Below, one piece after another: positions 43,097 through 59,610 of a stretch of DNA of 64,000 nt. Source of the DNA: Eledone cirrhosa (Eukaryota); NCBI GenBank assembly GCA_964016885.1, contig OZ024759.1:24676001-24740000 (forward strand), written 5' to 3'. Below the pieces are notes generated by a model. It saw only the letters and a list, made by a program, of their open reading frames with translations. It ran no database searches and had not been told where the DNA came from. Within the stretch, counting starts at the first letter, position 1. Each line of letters opens with the position of its first letter. Both the position numbers and the translations under genes were made by a program.

Positions 43097-43946
43097 CAGC
43101 TCCTGACAACAACGCTAGCCCTTTCTTCCCCATTTTTTTTTTCACCAACAACAAACAACAAGGGGACAAAAGGCTGCCTGTGTATGCCTGCGTGCACGCG
43201 TATATATATGTATGTGTGTATGTGTGTGTGTGTGTGTCTGTGTAAGTGGGTGTGTATGTATATATGTATGTATGTGGGTGTCTATATGTGTATATGTATG
43301 TGTGTATGTGGGTGTATGCGTTCCTGTCTGTGTGAATATGTGTGTATGTATGTGTATGTGTGTGTGTCAATGTAAGTGTGTATATGTGTGTATCTGTGTG
43401 TGTATATGTATGTATGTGTGTATGCATGTGTGTCTATGTGTGTTTGTATGTGTGTATGCGTGTGTGTCTATGTAAGTATGTATATGTAAGTGTGTATCTG
43501 TGTGTGTATATGTATGTATGTGTGTATGCATGTGTGTCTATGTGTGTATGTATGTGTGTATGCGTGTGTGTCTATGTGTGTATGTATGTGTATGTGTGTG
43601 TCTATGTGTGTATGTATGTGTATGTGTGTGTCTATGTGTGTATGTATGTGTATGTATGCGTACGTGTGTATGTTTGTGTGTGTGACATGTATTTCGCTTT
43701 TTTTAAATGACACCATTGACTAGTAGAAAGAACGAGCGATGTTTTCTGCGGCTGCGACTTACAGTAACTGATCACCAGTGGTGTCGAATTACCGGCTTAC
43801 CTCCCCTAACCAACCGACCAGCAGATATTATCATTGACGGCGTTTGTCATTTGTCTCAGTATAGCCAAGGAAAGTGAGGCGTTAGCAATAAATAACTGTT
43901 GAAAATTGCTTCTCAATCTAGAAATTCACACCTAAATCTCTCCTAA

Positions 43947-43982
<36 letters not shown>

Positions 43983-44195
43983 AACCTCCCCCTCCCCCTC
44001 TCCCTCTCTTTATCAATCTGTCCTTGTCTGTCTGATTTCATCTCTCTCCCTCTATCTATCAATCCATCTCTCTCTCTCTCTCTCTCTTTGTCAATCTGTC
44101 CCTATCTGTCTTACTCCATCTCTCTCTCTCTCTCTCTCTGCCTGTCTCCGGCTTTCATTATCTCTTTCACTGCCATCATCATCATCTTCTCTCTC

Positions 44196-44266
<71 letters not shown>

Positions 44267-44963
44267 CTCTCTCCCTCTCTACAATCCAGTAGGTTTTGCT
44301 TGTTGCGACTGTTCCTATTGTATTGTTGTTGTAGTAGTTGTTGTTGGTGATGGTCGACGTGTGGCGTAGTGTTGATTGTAGCCATTGTTGTTGTTGGTAG
44401 TAGTGGTGGTGGTGGTGTAGTTGTGGTGTAGTAGTGGTGGTGGTGGTGGTGTAGTTGTAGTAGTGGTGATGGTGGTGGTGTAGTTGTGGTGATTGCTGTT
44501 ATTGCTTTTGCCAATGTTATTGGCGACGGTGTAGTTGTTGTTATTGTTGCTGGTGATGGTGTAGTTGTTGTTGTTGTTATTGTTGGTGGTGATGGTGTAA
44601 TTGTTGTTGTTATTGGTGGTGGTGATGGTGTAGTTGTTGTTGTTATTGTTGGTGGTGATGGTGTAGTTGTTGTTGTTATTGTTGGTGGTGATGGTGTAGT
44701 TGTTGTTGTTATTGTTGGTGGTGATGGTGTAGTAGTTGCTGTTACTATTGCTGGTGATGGTGTAGTTGTTGTTGTTATTGTTGCTGGTGATGGTGTAGTA
44801 GTTGTTGGTTGTAGTGGTGTTGTTGGTTCTGTTCTGGTAACTTTTATCTATTTACTATATTCACGATATGTTCATTAATTCATTTAATTTTGAAAATAAT
44901 TAATCAATATTTTAATACTACAATAAAATGCAAAGAAATGCCGGATTATAATTCTAGGTATAA

Positions 44964-45152
44964 GGCGGTGGATTGGCAGTATTGGTAGAGGGTTGGACGC
45001 CATGCTTTCCAGCATAGTTACGTCCCTTTACGATCTGAGTTCAAATCCCGCCGAGGTTGACTTTGCCTTTCATCCTTACGGGGTCGATAAAATAAAGTAC
45101 CAGTAATGCACTGGGTAATTGTTGGCCTTGTGCCTAAAGTAGAAACAATTAT
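44964..45152 (+). mobile_element. Full-length SINE with TSD
   Basis: TSD attctaggtataa at 44951-44963 and 45153-45165; B-box-like GAGTTCAAATCC. Confidence 0.9.
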
Positions 45153-45816
45153 TATTCTAGGTATAATTAGTTAAGGCAGCGAATTGGCAGAGTCGTTAGA
45201 GCGTCGGATAGAATGCTTTATGGTGTTCATTCCGGCTTTTTGAGTTCAAATCCCACTGAGGTCAACTTTGCCTTTCATCCTTTCGAGGTTGTTAAAAAAA
45301 ATATCAGTTTAGTACTGGAGTCGATTCTTCCTCTATATCTCTTTCTTATTTCTCTCTCTCTCTCTCCCTCTCCCTCTATCTATCTATTTATTTTTCTCTG
45401 GAAGAAATCTGCTGTACTCAGGCCTGGAGAGGGATGGGCTCCATCAGGCTTTAAAATGCCCAAGAAATGTCGTATGTCAATTCAGCGTCCCTACGACTCT
45501 AGCAGGAGTTACGGGACCATGCATAATTAGTCATGTCCCTTGACGTCCATTAAACGTTCTATTCTCTCTGGAAAGAGACAATAAAATATTTGCCAAGTTC
45601 TTACTCGATTCACTTGATACATACAGCAGTTATATATAAGCGCCTGAAGAAAGGCCACTAATTGATGCCTCTTCTCTTATTTTGTGGAAATATGGTTAAA
45701 GGTTGGCCTTAAAACCTTGGGTAACGCCTTTGTTCCGAGTATGAACATAAATAAATAATATATTTCTCCTCTTTTCACACCTACGGATATTGGTAAACAC
45801 ACACACACACACACGC

Positions 45817-45916
<100 letters not shown>

Positions 45917-46991
45917 TATATATTGGTGTTTTAACTGACTGACCCGATTATCTATATTGTTTAATGTTAGCTGTATTAATTTTTGTTAATGAGCATAATT
46001 CATTTGTGGGATACGTCAATAATTTTGATGCCGTTATTAGATGATTTGATGATCGTTAAGTCGTTATTCATATTGAACTATTGTTGATTGCTCTGATGAA
46101 TTTATGCAATTAATTACAACAGCTTGTATTTTGTACACATATTTAATACAAATAATATTCAGGAAAAACATACATACTTAAGGTGGAATAAGTAATATTC
46201 CTGGCAGTACAGTTTCACAGTTCCAAAAGAACGTTAGGCAAGTGGAAATCGATCCAAGTAAATCAATTATCGATTACCGATTATTAATTCCGGCCAAAGC
46301 CAATGAAAGACAAGGAGCTACTCATCAGATAAATTGTCTTTAAATATGTCCCACACTGTACAAAATACCTTTATATCTGTTGAGAGACGAGAGTCTGAAT
46401 GAGCTTCAAACCACATCCAAGAACTATTGAAGTTCCTACTCGCCGTTCCCCGGGGAAAAGCCTTCTCCATCCTATTGGCCTAGACCATGAGGTGATTGCA
46501 TTCACCACGGTCGAGGCCAGCCTGGAGCTGTTTTATAAAGCTGTAGTAGATAATTTTGATGTTTTCTGTTAGACAAACATGTTGAGTTGTCGTTGTTGTC
46601 ATTGTTTTTATCGTCGTCGATTTTGTTGTTGTCTTTGTTGTTGTTGTCGTCGGTGTTGTTGTTGTTGTTGTTGTTGTTTAGAGGAAAATGGGGGAAACAG
46701 TTAGCTGGTATGTTTAAGTAGATACAGAGATACAAGATTATTTCAAATTTAAATTTTTATCTCAAATTCAATTTTTGACATTTGTTTATTTTCATTTGAT
46801 ATCAAAAGTACGACAACAACAACAGTAACAACAGCAACAATAAAAACAGCAACAAAAATAATAAATAAATAAATAAATGAAATATTTTTCCTGTCTGTCA
46901 TGATAAAAAGTTTTCATTTTCTCATTTTTTCTTATTTTTTTCATTTTTATTTCCTAACTTTCTTCAAGATTCTATCTCCTAACTATTGACG

Positions 46992-47024
<33 letters not shown>

Positions 47025-47296
47025 GCATTTTTATATATTTATTATCATTATTTTTTTTTTTTTTATATTTGTGCGAAATGTTTTTCAAACTGATTGAAGA
47101 AGATACTCTCTCTTCTTCATCTATTTCCTCCATGCCTAACATCACTGGTGAGATCTTCTTTAAAGAGAAAGGGGTAAACGCCCAACAAATCAACAGATCA
47201 CCGCAAATTTAAAAAGCAATTCGTGAAATATAGACCACACGTTCCCCACACTCACACACACCTTCTTCTCCCCGACTGAGAGAAAAGAAAGAAACC

Positions 47297-47358
<62 letters not shown>

Positions 47359-47447
47359 ATATATACATATGTGTGTGTGTGTTTGTGTATATATATATAC
47401 ATATGTGTGTGTGTGTATATATATATATACATATGTGTGCGTGTGTT

Positions 47448-47542
<95 letters not shown>

Positions 47543-47616
47543 GTGTGTGCGCGTGTATGAATGTATGTATAATATATATGTATGTGTATGTGTGTGTGTG
47601 TCTTTGTATGTGTTTA

Positions 47617-47661
<45 letters not shown>

Positions 47662-47846
47662 ATATATATATGATTTTATATATATATATATATATGATTT
47701 TATATATACATATGTATATGATTTTATATATACATATGTATATATGTAACACACATACAAAACATATATAGATATGTAGATAAGGTAACTGTCGGTAATA
47801 TTACCCCAATGGATGGAATTCCATGTTGTTTTTTCACACACACACT

Positions 47847-47877
<31 letters not shown>

Positions 47878-47883
47878 GCATGC

Positions 47884-47945
<62 letters not shown>

Positions 47946-47974
47946 ATGAATATATACATATATATCTTCTGTCC

Positions 47975-48023
<49 letters not shown>

Positions 48024-48048
48024 AGTGTATGAATATATACATATATAT

Positions 48049-48134
<86 letters not shown>

Positions 48135-48206
48135 AATACATATATATTCTTCTTTTACCTTAGATACGGTTACGAGGGTTGTGACGGGCTGGGTTTGGGT
48201 TGGTGT

Positions 48207-48467
<261 letters not shown>

Positions 48468-48510
48468 TACATATATATATATATATACATATATACATAT
48501 ATATATATAT

Positions 48511-48934
<424 letters not shown>

Positions 48935-49107
48935 CTGGAAGAAGGAGGAGGGTGGTGGAGGAGGAGAAAGATGAGGAGGAAGAGGAGGGGAGAAGAAGTG
49001 AGTGAAGTAGAAGAAGGAGAAGAAGAAGAAGAAGAAGAAGAAGAAGAAGAAGAAGAAGAAGGAAGAGAAAGGGAAGAAGAAAATAAGAAAAGCAACAAAG
49101 GAGAAAA

Positions 49108-49140
<33 letters not shown>

Positions 49141-49152
<12 letters not shown>

Positions 49153-49638
49153 TTTTCTTTATTAACCACAAGGGTTTACATAAAGTAGACATTAAGGACA
49201 GTACAGGACAATACAGGACGGTACAAATGGGCATTTCTGCGTGTAAAAAAAAACAGAGGATGTAATAAAAAAATAACAATGAAAAATTCCCCAATAGGGG
49301 GGGAGACTTCCGAGGGACATTTGTGGAGAAAGCCCATTAAAAGGCCACAGTGACCCTGGCCACCAGAGCAAGTGCCCTCTCCCAGTTTTCCACCTTTAAT
49401 TTACAGACACATACTCAGAGTAGGCCCATTCACTCGGGCCATACTTGCTTCTCTCACCCATCTTTCAACAAAATGCTGGGAAGAGAGCACTTCCCTCTCT
49501 ACCCTGATTTTCCTTTTCAAATGAAATTTGAAAAAGTTAATCAGGGCATCACCGAAGAGGTAAGTGCTCGTCTTCAGCCCTTTCAAACGTGTCCACCATA
49601 CTATCTCTTTCGCCATGGCCACCAGACAGATAAAAACA
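49141..49638 (-). pseudogene. Tx1/L1-like LINE 3' end
   Basis: VAMAKEIVWWTR...FVERW C-terminal motif, 3' UTR and (TTA)n tail. Confidence 0.65.
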
Positions 49639-49653
49639 TAATAATAATAATAA

Positions 49654-49723
<70 letters not shown>

Positions 49724-50096
49724 AAGAAGAAGAAGAAGAAGAAGAAATAATTGTCATTGGTTAGTCAAGGCGGTCGATTGCCAGAGTACCCGGTTGTCTG
49801 TAATTTGAGTTCAAACCCTGCTGAGGTTAATTTTACGCTTTCACTCTTACGGGCACAAAAAGGGAAAAAAAAGAGGAAAAACACAATGAATCTACCCTCC
49901 CAGTGCAGATCAAACCATTTCTTCTTCAACCTGACATATCCTGGATGTTCCAGTAGATCAAGGGTGGAAGGGGTCGAGAGGGTGTCTGTGTTTGTTTGCG
50001 ACTGGGTAGCCTCCTAAAATCCCTTAGAGAAATCATGGCACTTGTTACCAAGACATACCCGATTGTAGTTGACGGCCGTAGTTGTTTTTATTTTAA

Positions 50097-50307
50097 CCCT
50101 TTAACATTTAAACCCGCCATATCCGGCCAGAATTCTCTCATCACTTTATGTTCAAATTGGCTGTAACCGGCCACTCATACTGATGTTAAGGTATTGTTAT
50201 CAACATAAATAACATCAAAATCTCATAGATTCAATATTATGTGAGATAAAGCCTTTACTACAAAAATATAGTAGTATATATAGAGAGTAAATTTAAATGC
50301 TAAAGGG
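50097..50307. mobile_element. piggyBac-like MITE (degenerate relatives 37727-37795, 62391-62572)
   Basis: TTAA flanks; TIR CCCTTTAACATTTAAA/TTTAAATGCTAAAGGG. Confidence 0.8.
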
Positions 50308-51429
50308 TTAAAGTTTAGTCAGAGAAGGAAGGGAAAAGGGAAAAGAAATGTGAGCCATGAATTATCTTCAGTCTTAAGCTATAGTCTGAATACTTGTAAA
50401 GGGAGTTGAGAACCCCGCTGAAGGAAACAATAGTCTATATATTTTTCACATTATGGTCCTATCTTATGCGGATGATGTTCGTGTGTTCGAGTCGCCATCC
50501 TAAGGTCACACACACACGCACATAGAGACTAAATCCTTCTTCTGCTGGTACCTGATAACACCACGATGCCAAATTTTGTCCATTTTCAAGACGAGTAGAG
50601 ACTAACTACTTTTGAAGTCAACTTTGAACAGTTAAATGTCAGTTTACCCAGAAAAAAAAACCGTGCAGTTATTAATAAGACGAGTTGAAATTAATGAATG
50701 CAAGATTTCACAGCTCTAGCATCAGTCATTCATAGTAAGCCTATGAATTTTTCAGCCCACCCACATACATAGTATACGAGAATGTCTCATCCATTTTGTT
50801 CAAGATTTGGGCAACAAAGTGAGAGTTCTTTTTCATTACACTGAGATTCTATGCAGTACTACACTTCTTATATGTTTCTACCGCTGCAGTTAGAATACTC
50901 ATTAAACACACACACACACACACACACTCACACACACACATATACATATATATATATATATATTATATATATATATATTATATATGTCAACTTTGGGAGC
51001 CCCTACATGGACACACTAGAAGAGGAAGACCAAGGTTAACGTATATTGATGCCCTAAGGACAGACACTGGTCTGTTGGAGACGCAGGACATGGCAGCGAT
51101 AATGAGGGACAGAGACCGCTGGAGAGAACTCGTCCATGGATCTCGGGAATTTTACCCGCCTTAGAATAGAATAGATATTATATATATAATATATATAAAT
51201 CAACGTTAAGACAGGAGTTACCTAATCATATTTATTATATAGAACATCCGTGTATAAAAGTATATATTTGTATATCTACGTCTCTATCTGTGTATATACG
51301 CACACAAATATATACATATGTAAGTACGTACGAACGTATATATGTATGTGTGTATGCATGTATGTATGTATGTAAGTATTTACTTATGTATGTATGTACG
51401 TACTTACGTATGTATGTATGTATACACAT

Positions 51430-51486
<57 letters not shown>

Positions 51487-52343
51487 GTGTACATTTCAGC
51501 TGGCAAGCTAGTAAAATATCTGGTGGAGCCAGGTAATCAAACGATCAGTTTTATTAACGATATTGTCTTACTATAATCTAATTACTTAAAGCAGAGGTTC
51601 AAAGTGGTTGTTGCCGCACCCCCACCCCCGGGGGGGGTCAAGGTGGCACTGGGGCCTAAGGAGGCGGTAGTGGTGGTGGTAGAGATGATATAATAGTATA
51701 TTAAATGATACATATTTACATATTATATATAAATATAGTAAAATAAAATATTTATAATATTTATTTATACATAGTATATATATTATTTATTATATATAAA
51801 TTACCGGTTTAATTTATTAAATATTATTTACAATTTACGTGTAGGTAGGTCTCTCTGGAAATAGTTTTAACCTTGTAGAAGCCATTTCTATATTAAATGT
51901 TATTGTATATACTCTACTAATGTATTGAGTACCTTACTTACTGTGGTTACCTGTGATTGAACCCGATTCTCATATATATATATATATCACGGGGAGTCTA
52001 GTTATATATATAGTGAGAGAGGTTTATAATAACATATAGAAAAAGAGAGGTTACAATATATATAGAGAGCGGGTTATAATATATAGAAAGAGAGGGGGTT
52101 TTAATATATAGAGAGGGGCTTATAATATATATATAGAGAGAGTTATTGATTATCACAGAGCTGTTGGCTATTTATGAAGGTACCTGGAAAAAACCCGTGC
52201 TCCGATTTACGCGAAACTTGTTTTATTCCATTCCATTTGTATTCCCATTTCAGGGGTAACTTCCTTTCAAAGTATTTTCCAATTATGCGCCGTTCTGGCT
52301 GTACTACATTACAGACAAGCACACAATCACAGAGTTTTAGTAG

Positions 52344-52376
<33 letters not shown>

Positions 52377-52614
52377 TTTTTCAATGTGGTCTACTCTTCG
52401 TGGTAGGGTCCGTACCGTAGATGTAATCTGATAGCGAGTAATCCAGTGAAATCCTTAGAAGACGGTCTGATCGAACCTATATATGAAGTCTGATAGTATA
52501 CAGTTATATAACTGCTATAGATCAGTCAATATGATCAACCCTCCGAAACGATCGTAAAACAATGATATGAATAGATAAAAGAAGTTGACTTTATTTTCAT
52601 TGTTAAATTAATAT

Positions 52615-52674
<60 letters not shown>

Positions 52675-52839
52675 CCCACTCTAAACCATCTAAGCTCTGT
52701 TTAACCTATTGTGTACACTCTGACTTGCGGGTTAGTATTTACAACATGCGATTTCTGCAACTACATGGAGTGAGTGAGTGAATAGCGGCTGCGTTATACG
52801 TAATCTTAACGTATAACTTATACTTAATTATATATATTC

Positions 52840-52875
<36 letters not shown>

Positions 52876-52954
52876 TAAGTATTTCCGAAGAAAAAGCAAA
52901 GGAAAAAAGAGTGCTCTATGTATAATACAGAGCTGTTTAATTAGAAAGTGAACA

Positions 52955-53042
52955 ACACAATATATAACTACTCCATTACCAAAGGTTTCAGGACCCTAGA
53001 CAATATTCACATACGTCTAGGTCGCTTATCAGAGAGAGGGCC
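52955..53042 (-). mobile_element. pLTR-like remnant with degenerate hammerhead
   Basis: CTGATAA-GCGACCTAGAC...GTCTAGGGTCCT-GAAACCTTTGGTA; tail also 33528-33549. Confidence 0.5.
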
Positions 53043-53110
53043 TATATAAATATATATATATATACACACACACACATACATACACACACACACATATATA
53101 TATAGGCCAA

Positions 53111-53164
<54 letters not shown>

Positions 53165-53608
53165 CAGAGAGAAAGAGAGGGAGAGAGAGACAGAAAGAGA
53201 GAGAGATTGCTGGCCTTGTGCTTAAGATAGAATCCATTATTAATCTTCCCTTAAATTGAAAAAAAAATCTTTATTATCCCCCTTGAATTGACCAATTTAG
53301 AGTTATCTCACTTTGAAAGTGTTGTCTCCCTTAACTCTTCGTTCATAGCATTTCATTTTGACATTCTTGGTATGATGTAATGGTGTATTCGCGTGAGCAT
53401 GTGTAGGTGTTTCTGTATGTTTCCCTATAAGCGCCTGCTGCTAGAGATAGACAAGCACAGGTGTGTCGTTAAGGAGTCAGCGCTTCGCAACCAAACAGTT
53501 CTGGGTTCAATCTTGGTGTGCGGGATATTGGGCAAGTCCCTTCCACTATAAACATGGGTTTACCCAATGTCTGTGAGAGAAAATAAACACAGACATATAT
53601 ATAGATAG

Positions 53609-53670
<62 letters not shown>

Positions 53671-53911
53671 TACTCAGCTGTAGAAATGAGATGATAGGGA
53701 CTGGGGTCCCTATCATTCCACTGCAAAGTGGACGTGTAGGCACCATGGCAAAAAAGCACCCAGCACTCACTGTAAATGAGGTTGGTGTTAGGAAGGGCAT
53801 CCAGCTGTAGAAATCAAGCCAGAATCAGTTCCCGTCCCACCTTTGCAAGCAGGGAAAAGTGGACGTAAAATGATGATGATGATGATATATATATATATAT
53901 ATATATATATG

Positions 53912-54334
53912 ATATTAATAAATGGAAACTATATTTATAAAGCCATATTAATTTTATTATATATATTTCAAGGGTACCAAAATTTTGGTGCGCTTTCATC
54001 AGATAAAATACAGATTTGTTTTATAAATAAATATTGACATACCCGGAAAAAAGACAACCTTAACTATCCAGGAAGCTCCAACCATTAAGGTTGTCTTTTT
54101 TCCGAGTATGTCAATATTTATTTATAAAACAAATCTGTATTTTATCTGATGAAAGCGCACCATAAATTGCCTTGGTTGCCCTTGAAATATGTATAATAAA
54201 ATAAATATGGCTTTATAAATATAGTTTCCATTTATTAATATATTGTGTATTTACTCCACTAACTTGTTGAGTGCTTTATATCAGTTATAAAAATGTTTAA
54301 GCTTGTTGAATCCCAACAAATTAAATATAACCTC

Positions 54335-54337
<3 letters not shown>
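53912..54337 (+). mobile_element. Family F head-to-head pLTR pair; hammerheads 53951-54010 (-) and 54138-54203 (+)
   Basis: Roughly 150-bp arms; TATTTTAT-CTGATGA...GAAA-TATGTAT-A-ATAAAATA with 8-bp stem I. Confidence 0.8.
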
Positions 54338-54426
<89 letters not shown>

Positions 54427-54505
54427 GTGAAAAATTGAACGGGAACAAAACAGAGAGGCAGTACAAACAAAGGTTTATTAATTTCACGCTCTTGAGAGTG
54501 GGGTG

Positions 54506-54627
<122 letters not shown>

Positions 54628-55043
54628 TAGAGAGAGAGAGAGAGATAGTGAACAGCTGACGCTATGAGCAGCTGTTAACTCCGTCATGACACCATGATGA
54701 CACGTTGCTTGTATTCTGATAGGTTTCTCGTTCTGGATTATAATCATTAAACGTTACAATGAATAAATTTTATTTATTCATTCAGAGATGCATCAAGAAG
54801 CTGAGTAATGACCTGTTTTCTATAATTGAATTATCTATTCTGTAGGGAAAATTCATTAATTTCCTATTTAATCACTATTATGGATGACGTCAGATGCATT
54901 CAATATACAAAATAGCGTGTGAGGCAATTGATATTATATTAAAAAAAAAATTTTTTTGTAAGAAAATGATGATTGATTTTAAATCAGTGATATAATTTAT
55001 GGAGAAAAACTCTGCATTTCAATATTACTCAATGTAAAATGTC

Positions 55044-55217
55044 AGTATTGGTAGAGAGTCAGACACGCTTTCCAGCGTAGTTACGTCCTTTTACGATCTG
55101 AGTTCAAATCTCGCTGAGGTTAACTTTGCCTTTCATCCTTACGGGGTCGATAAAATAAAGTACCAGTAATGTCCTGGGTATTTGCTGGCCTTGTGCAAAA
55201 AATAGAAACAATTATTA
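55044..55217 (+). mobile_element. tRNA-derived SINE
   Basis: Matches 44964-45152. Confidence 0.8.
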
Positions 55218-55348
55218 AATCTTATTCTTATTTTCTTTCTTGTAAATCATTTTTTTCAAAATATCAATTCAAAACTTTGTCCTAATGAAACTTCATGGTA
55301 AACAACATAAAAGGGAGGTGCTTTTTTTTTGTTGATTTACGTTTAATT

Positions 55349-55713
55349 AATAGAAAAACCCCGTGATAATAGAGGTTTCAATACTCAGGTATGGGTTCCA
55401 AAATGTCACTATAGGGGGTTTAACCCCCATTAGGGTGTCTTAATATTATTGAAATTTGCTGAAATTTTGTGAATAGGCATCATATCTTGTCGTTTACCTA
55501 TGGTTTAAATTTCATATAAATCGAAGGGAAAAAATTTCAGTGGGGGTTTGTGCTCCCGGTGAACCCTTTGATTAAAATGAAATATACTTATCCAAGTACC
55601 CTGAGAAATGTAGTTTCAGAATATATATGGTTATGGAGGATCTAACTCCAAAACCATAGGAGGAGTTCGTGAACAAACAAACAGACAGGAACTACAACTT
55701 TTTATATATAGAT
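55349..55713 (-). mobile_element. Non-autonomous Helitron-like element (similar piece about 52165-52347)
   Basis: Minus 5' TCTATATATAAAAAG...ctgtctgtttgtttg; 3' cacgggg...ctatt (degenerate CTAG). Confidence 0.5.
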
Positions 55714-55759
55714 AAGATTATTGAAATAGAAGCCTCACTGTAATAATTTGACTAAATAA

Positions 55760-55910
55760 TTGTTTCTACTTTTGGGACAAGGCCAGCAATTATCTCAGTG
55801 CATTACTGGTACTTTATTTTATCGACCGCGTAAGGATGAAAGGCAAAATTAACTTAGACCGTAAAGGGCCGCTATACTGCAAAACATGGCGTCTGACTCT
55901 CTACCAATAT
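55760..55910 (-). mobile_element. SINE with TSD
   Basis: TSD aatttgactaaataa at 55745-55759 and 55919-55933. Confidence 0.8.
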
Positions 55911-56251
55911 GCAAACTAAATTTGACTAAATAACAGTCTTACAATGGGGCGCATAAAACCACCGAACGGAAAAAAAGTTGCTGTTTCTTTTCAATTCCAA
56001 ACTTCCCTCACCGCGTTCAAAACATGCTCCCTTTATATAAAAATCATTGAGCCATGTCTAACTAAAGCGAACACACACCAAGGGGAACGGCAGAGGAAGG
56101 AGGAAAAGAAAGAAGGATCAAGCAACGAAAGAATGGAAGGTTTGAACACAACTGGTTTCTTCCAAAGGGCCGTCAAGTATGAAATTTGTGGGGGAAAAAA
56201 AAAAAATTTCTACAAATTTCATGCTTGACGACCCAATATATATATATATAT

Positions 56252-56308
<57 letters not shown>

Positions 56309-56592
56309 AAGAGAGAGAGAAACAGAGAGAGTGAGAGAGAGAGAGAGTGAGAGAGAGAGAGAGCGAGAGAGAGAGAGTGAGTGAGTGAGTGAGTGAGTGA
56401 GTGAGTGAGTGAGTGAGTGAGAGAGAGAGAGAGAATCAAGTCCAGTATTGGACTAGTACTGGACTACCGATTAGTCACAATATCGATTTATCATGGTCAA
56501 TCAACCTTCTGAAACGATCGTAAAACAATGAACTAATTAAGCACTAAACGTTTGTTTTCATTGTTCAACACTTATATATATATATATATATA

Positions 56593-56806
56593 TAACGAAG
56601 GAAATGTGGTAAGGAACCAGGTGGACCATAACGCACCAAAGTACTCAATACTTAGGGTAGTAGAGTGGGTAATAGGAACTAGTAGGACCCCGACGGCTGA
56701 GCTCAAGCCGTTTCGACGGCTAATTCTGGACTAAAAAAAAAAAAAAAAGTCCAGAATTAGCCGTCGAAACGGCTTGAGCTCAGCCGTCGGGGTCCTACTC
56801 GTTCCT
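56593..56806 (-). mobile_element. Family D head-to-head remnant with an A-tract loop
   Basis: Near-perfect roughly 58-bp arms; GAAACGGCTTGAGCTCAGCCGTC at 56766-56788. Confidence 0.75.
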
Positions 56807-57148
56807 ATATATATATATGTGTGTGTGTGTGTTCGTTCTGTCTGTCGAATAAATCAGTCTGCAGTATCATGTTTGCCATCAAACACCAAAATGCCAAAAT
56901 TAACCACATTTCTAGGATAACCTATGAGATTTAATAAAAGATTAACCAGAAATTGTTACTCTTATCCATTTTTCTGGCTACAATTATATTTACTACGGCC
57001 ATACTGGAGCACCACCCTGGTGAGAGATATTGCGAAAACATGTAAACTGAAGTATTTGACGGCTGAAAGAAAATACCGAATTCACTTTCTCTCTCACACA
57101 CACACTCACACACACATACATACACACGCACACACACATACACACTCA

Positions 57149-57205
<57 letters not shown>

Positions 57206-57885
57206 ACTCACTCTCTCTCTCACACACACACACTCACACACACACACGCACACACACATACACACTCACTCTCGCTCTCACACACACATACACAGTCACC
57301 CTCGCTCACACACAAACACACACACCCACTCTCTCTCTCTCTCTCACACACATACACACACTCTCTCTCAAGCACACACACACTCACACACATACACACA
57401 CTCTCTCTCACACACACACACACTCACACACACACGCACACACACATACACACTCACTCTCGCTCTCTCTCTCTCTCACACACACACTCACACACACGCA
57501 CACACACATACACACTCACTCTCTCTCTCTCACACACACATACACAGTCACCCTCGCTCACACACAAACACACACACCCACTCTCTCTCTCTCTCTCTCA
57601 CACACACACATACACACACTCTCTCTCACACACACACCCACACACTCACACACACACGCGCACACACATACACACTCACTCTCGCTCTCTCTCTCTCACA
57701 CTCACACACACGCACACACACATACACACTCACTCTCTCTCTCTCTCTCACACACACACTCACACACACACAACACATACACACAGAAATGATCAAGAGG
57801 CACAAGGACAATGTTATGAAATCATTCTAGAATAACAGATTAAACAAAAGATAAATGTAATCTGAGTTGTTCGAATATTAATAAT

Positions 57886-58070
57886 TGTTTCTACGTTAGG
57901 CACAAGGCCAGCAATTACCCAGTGCATTACTGGTACTTTATTTTATCGACCCCGTAAGGATGAAAGGCAAAGTTAACCTTGGCGGGATTTGAACTCAGAA
58001 TGGCAAGGGCCTTAACTCTAAGCGTCAAAGCATGGCGTCCGACCCTCTACCGATACTGCCAATCCACCGC
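57886..58070 (-). mobile_element. Full-length SINE with TSD
   Basis: TSD ttcgaatattaataat at 57870-57885 and 58078-58093. Confidence 0.85.
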
Positions 58071-58349
58071 CCTAATATTCGAATATTAATAATAATATTC
58101 GATTCGTTTGCAATTATGCAAACAGCCTCTTTTTTAAAGCCATGTCAGTAGACTGAGCCCCTCATTCTTGCTCTTGTGTTGGCATGTAAACAGAACTGCA
58201 GATACTGATGTATCTGGGTATTACCCTTCATCAGTGCAGTTCACTGTCAGAGCTAGTGAAAATATATGATATTTTCTAACATATACAGTGACTGATTGAC
58301 CCGATTTACATATTAGCAGACTAGCATTCTATAAATCAACAGCCTCAAC

Positions 58350-58413
<64 letters not shown>

Positions 58414-58414
58414 A

Positions 58415-59222
<808 letters not shown>

Positions 59223-59610
59223 TCCTGTAACTCTTGAAGGAGTCGTAGAGGCGGCACGCCATAGTGAATCACAGCGTTTCTCAGGCATTCTAAACCTGGC
59301 AGAGACCATTTCCTCTCCAGGTCCGAACACAGCACATTTCTTCCAGAGAAGGTTAGAAAGTGAGCCAGACATTTAGAGGAAGAGACGACCCAAGTACTAG
59401 ACTGGTACTTTATCGACTTCGAAAGGATGAAAGGCCAAGTTGACCTCGGTGGGATTTGAACTAAGAGAGCTGAGATCCAGAACGAATACCATAAAGCATT
59501 ATATCCGACGTTCTAACGACTCTGCCAATTCTCCACCATACATACATACATACATACATACATACATACATACATACATACATACATACATACATACATA
59601 CATACATACT

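Noticed and set aside
44964-45060. tRNA gene
   Set aside because: A/B-box head of a multi-copy SINE with TSD; no full cloverleaf
45640-45672. GCCTGAAGAAAGGC...GCC possible hammerhead 5' half
   Set aside because: GAAA and stem III absent
46972-47275. Possible minus-strand exon (MLGMEEIDEEER...)
   Set aside because: Acceptor-like site only; frame runs into low-complexity sequence with no supporting homology
58193-58241. Minus-strand three-way junction with CTGATGA and 8-bp stem I
   Set aside because: GAAA replaced by AGAT and no unpaired cleavage base; at best a decayed motif
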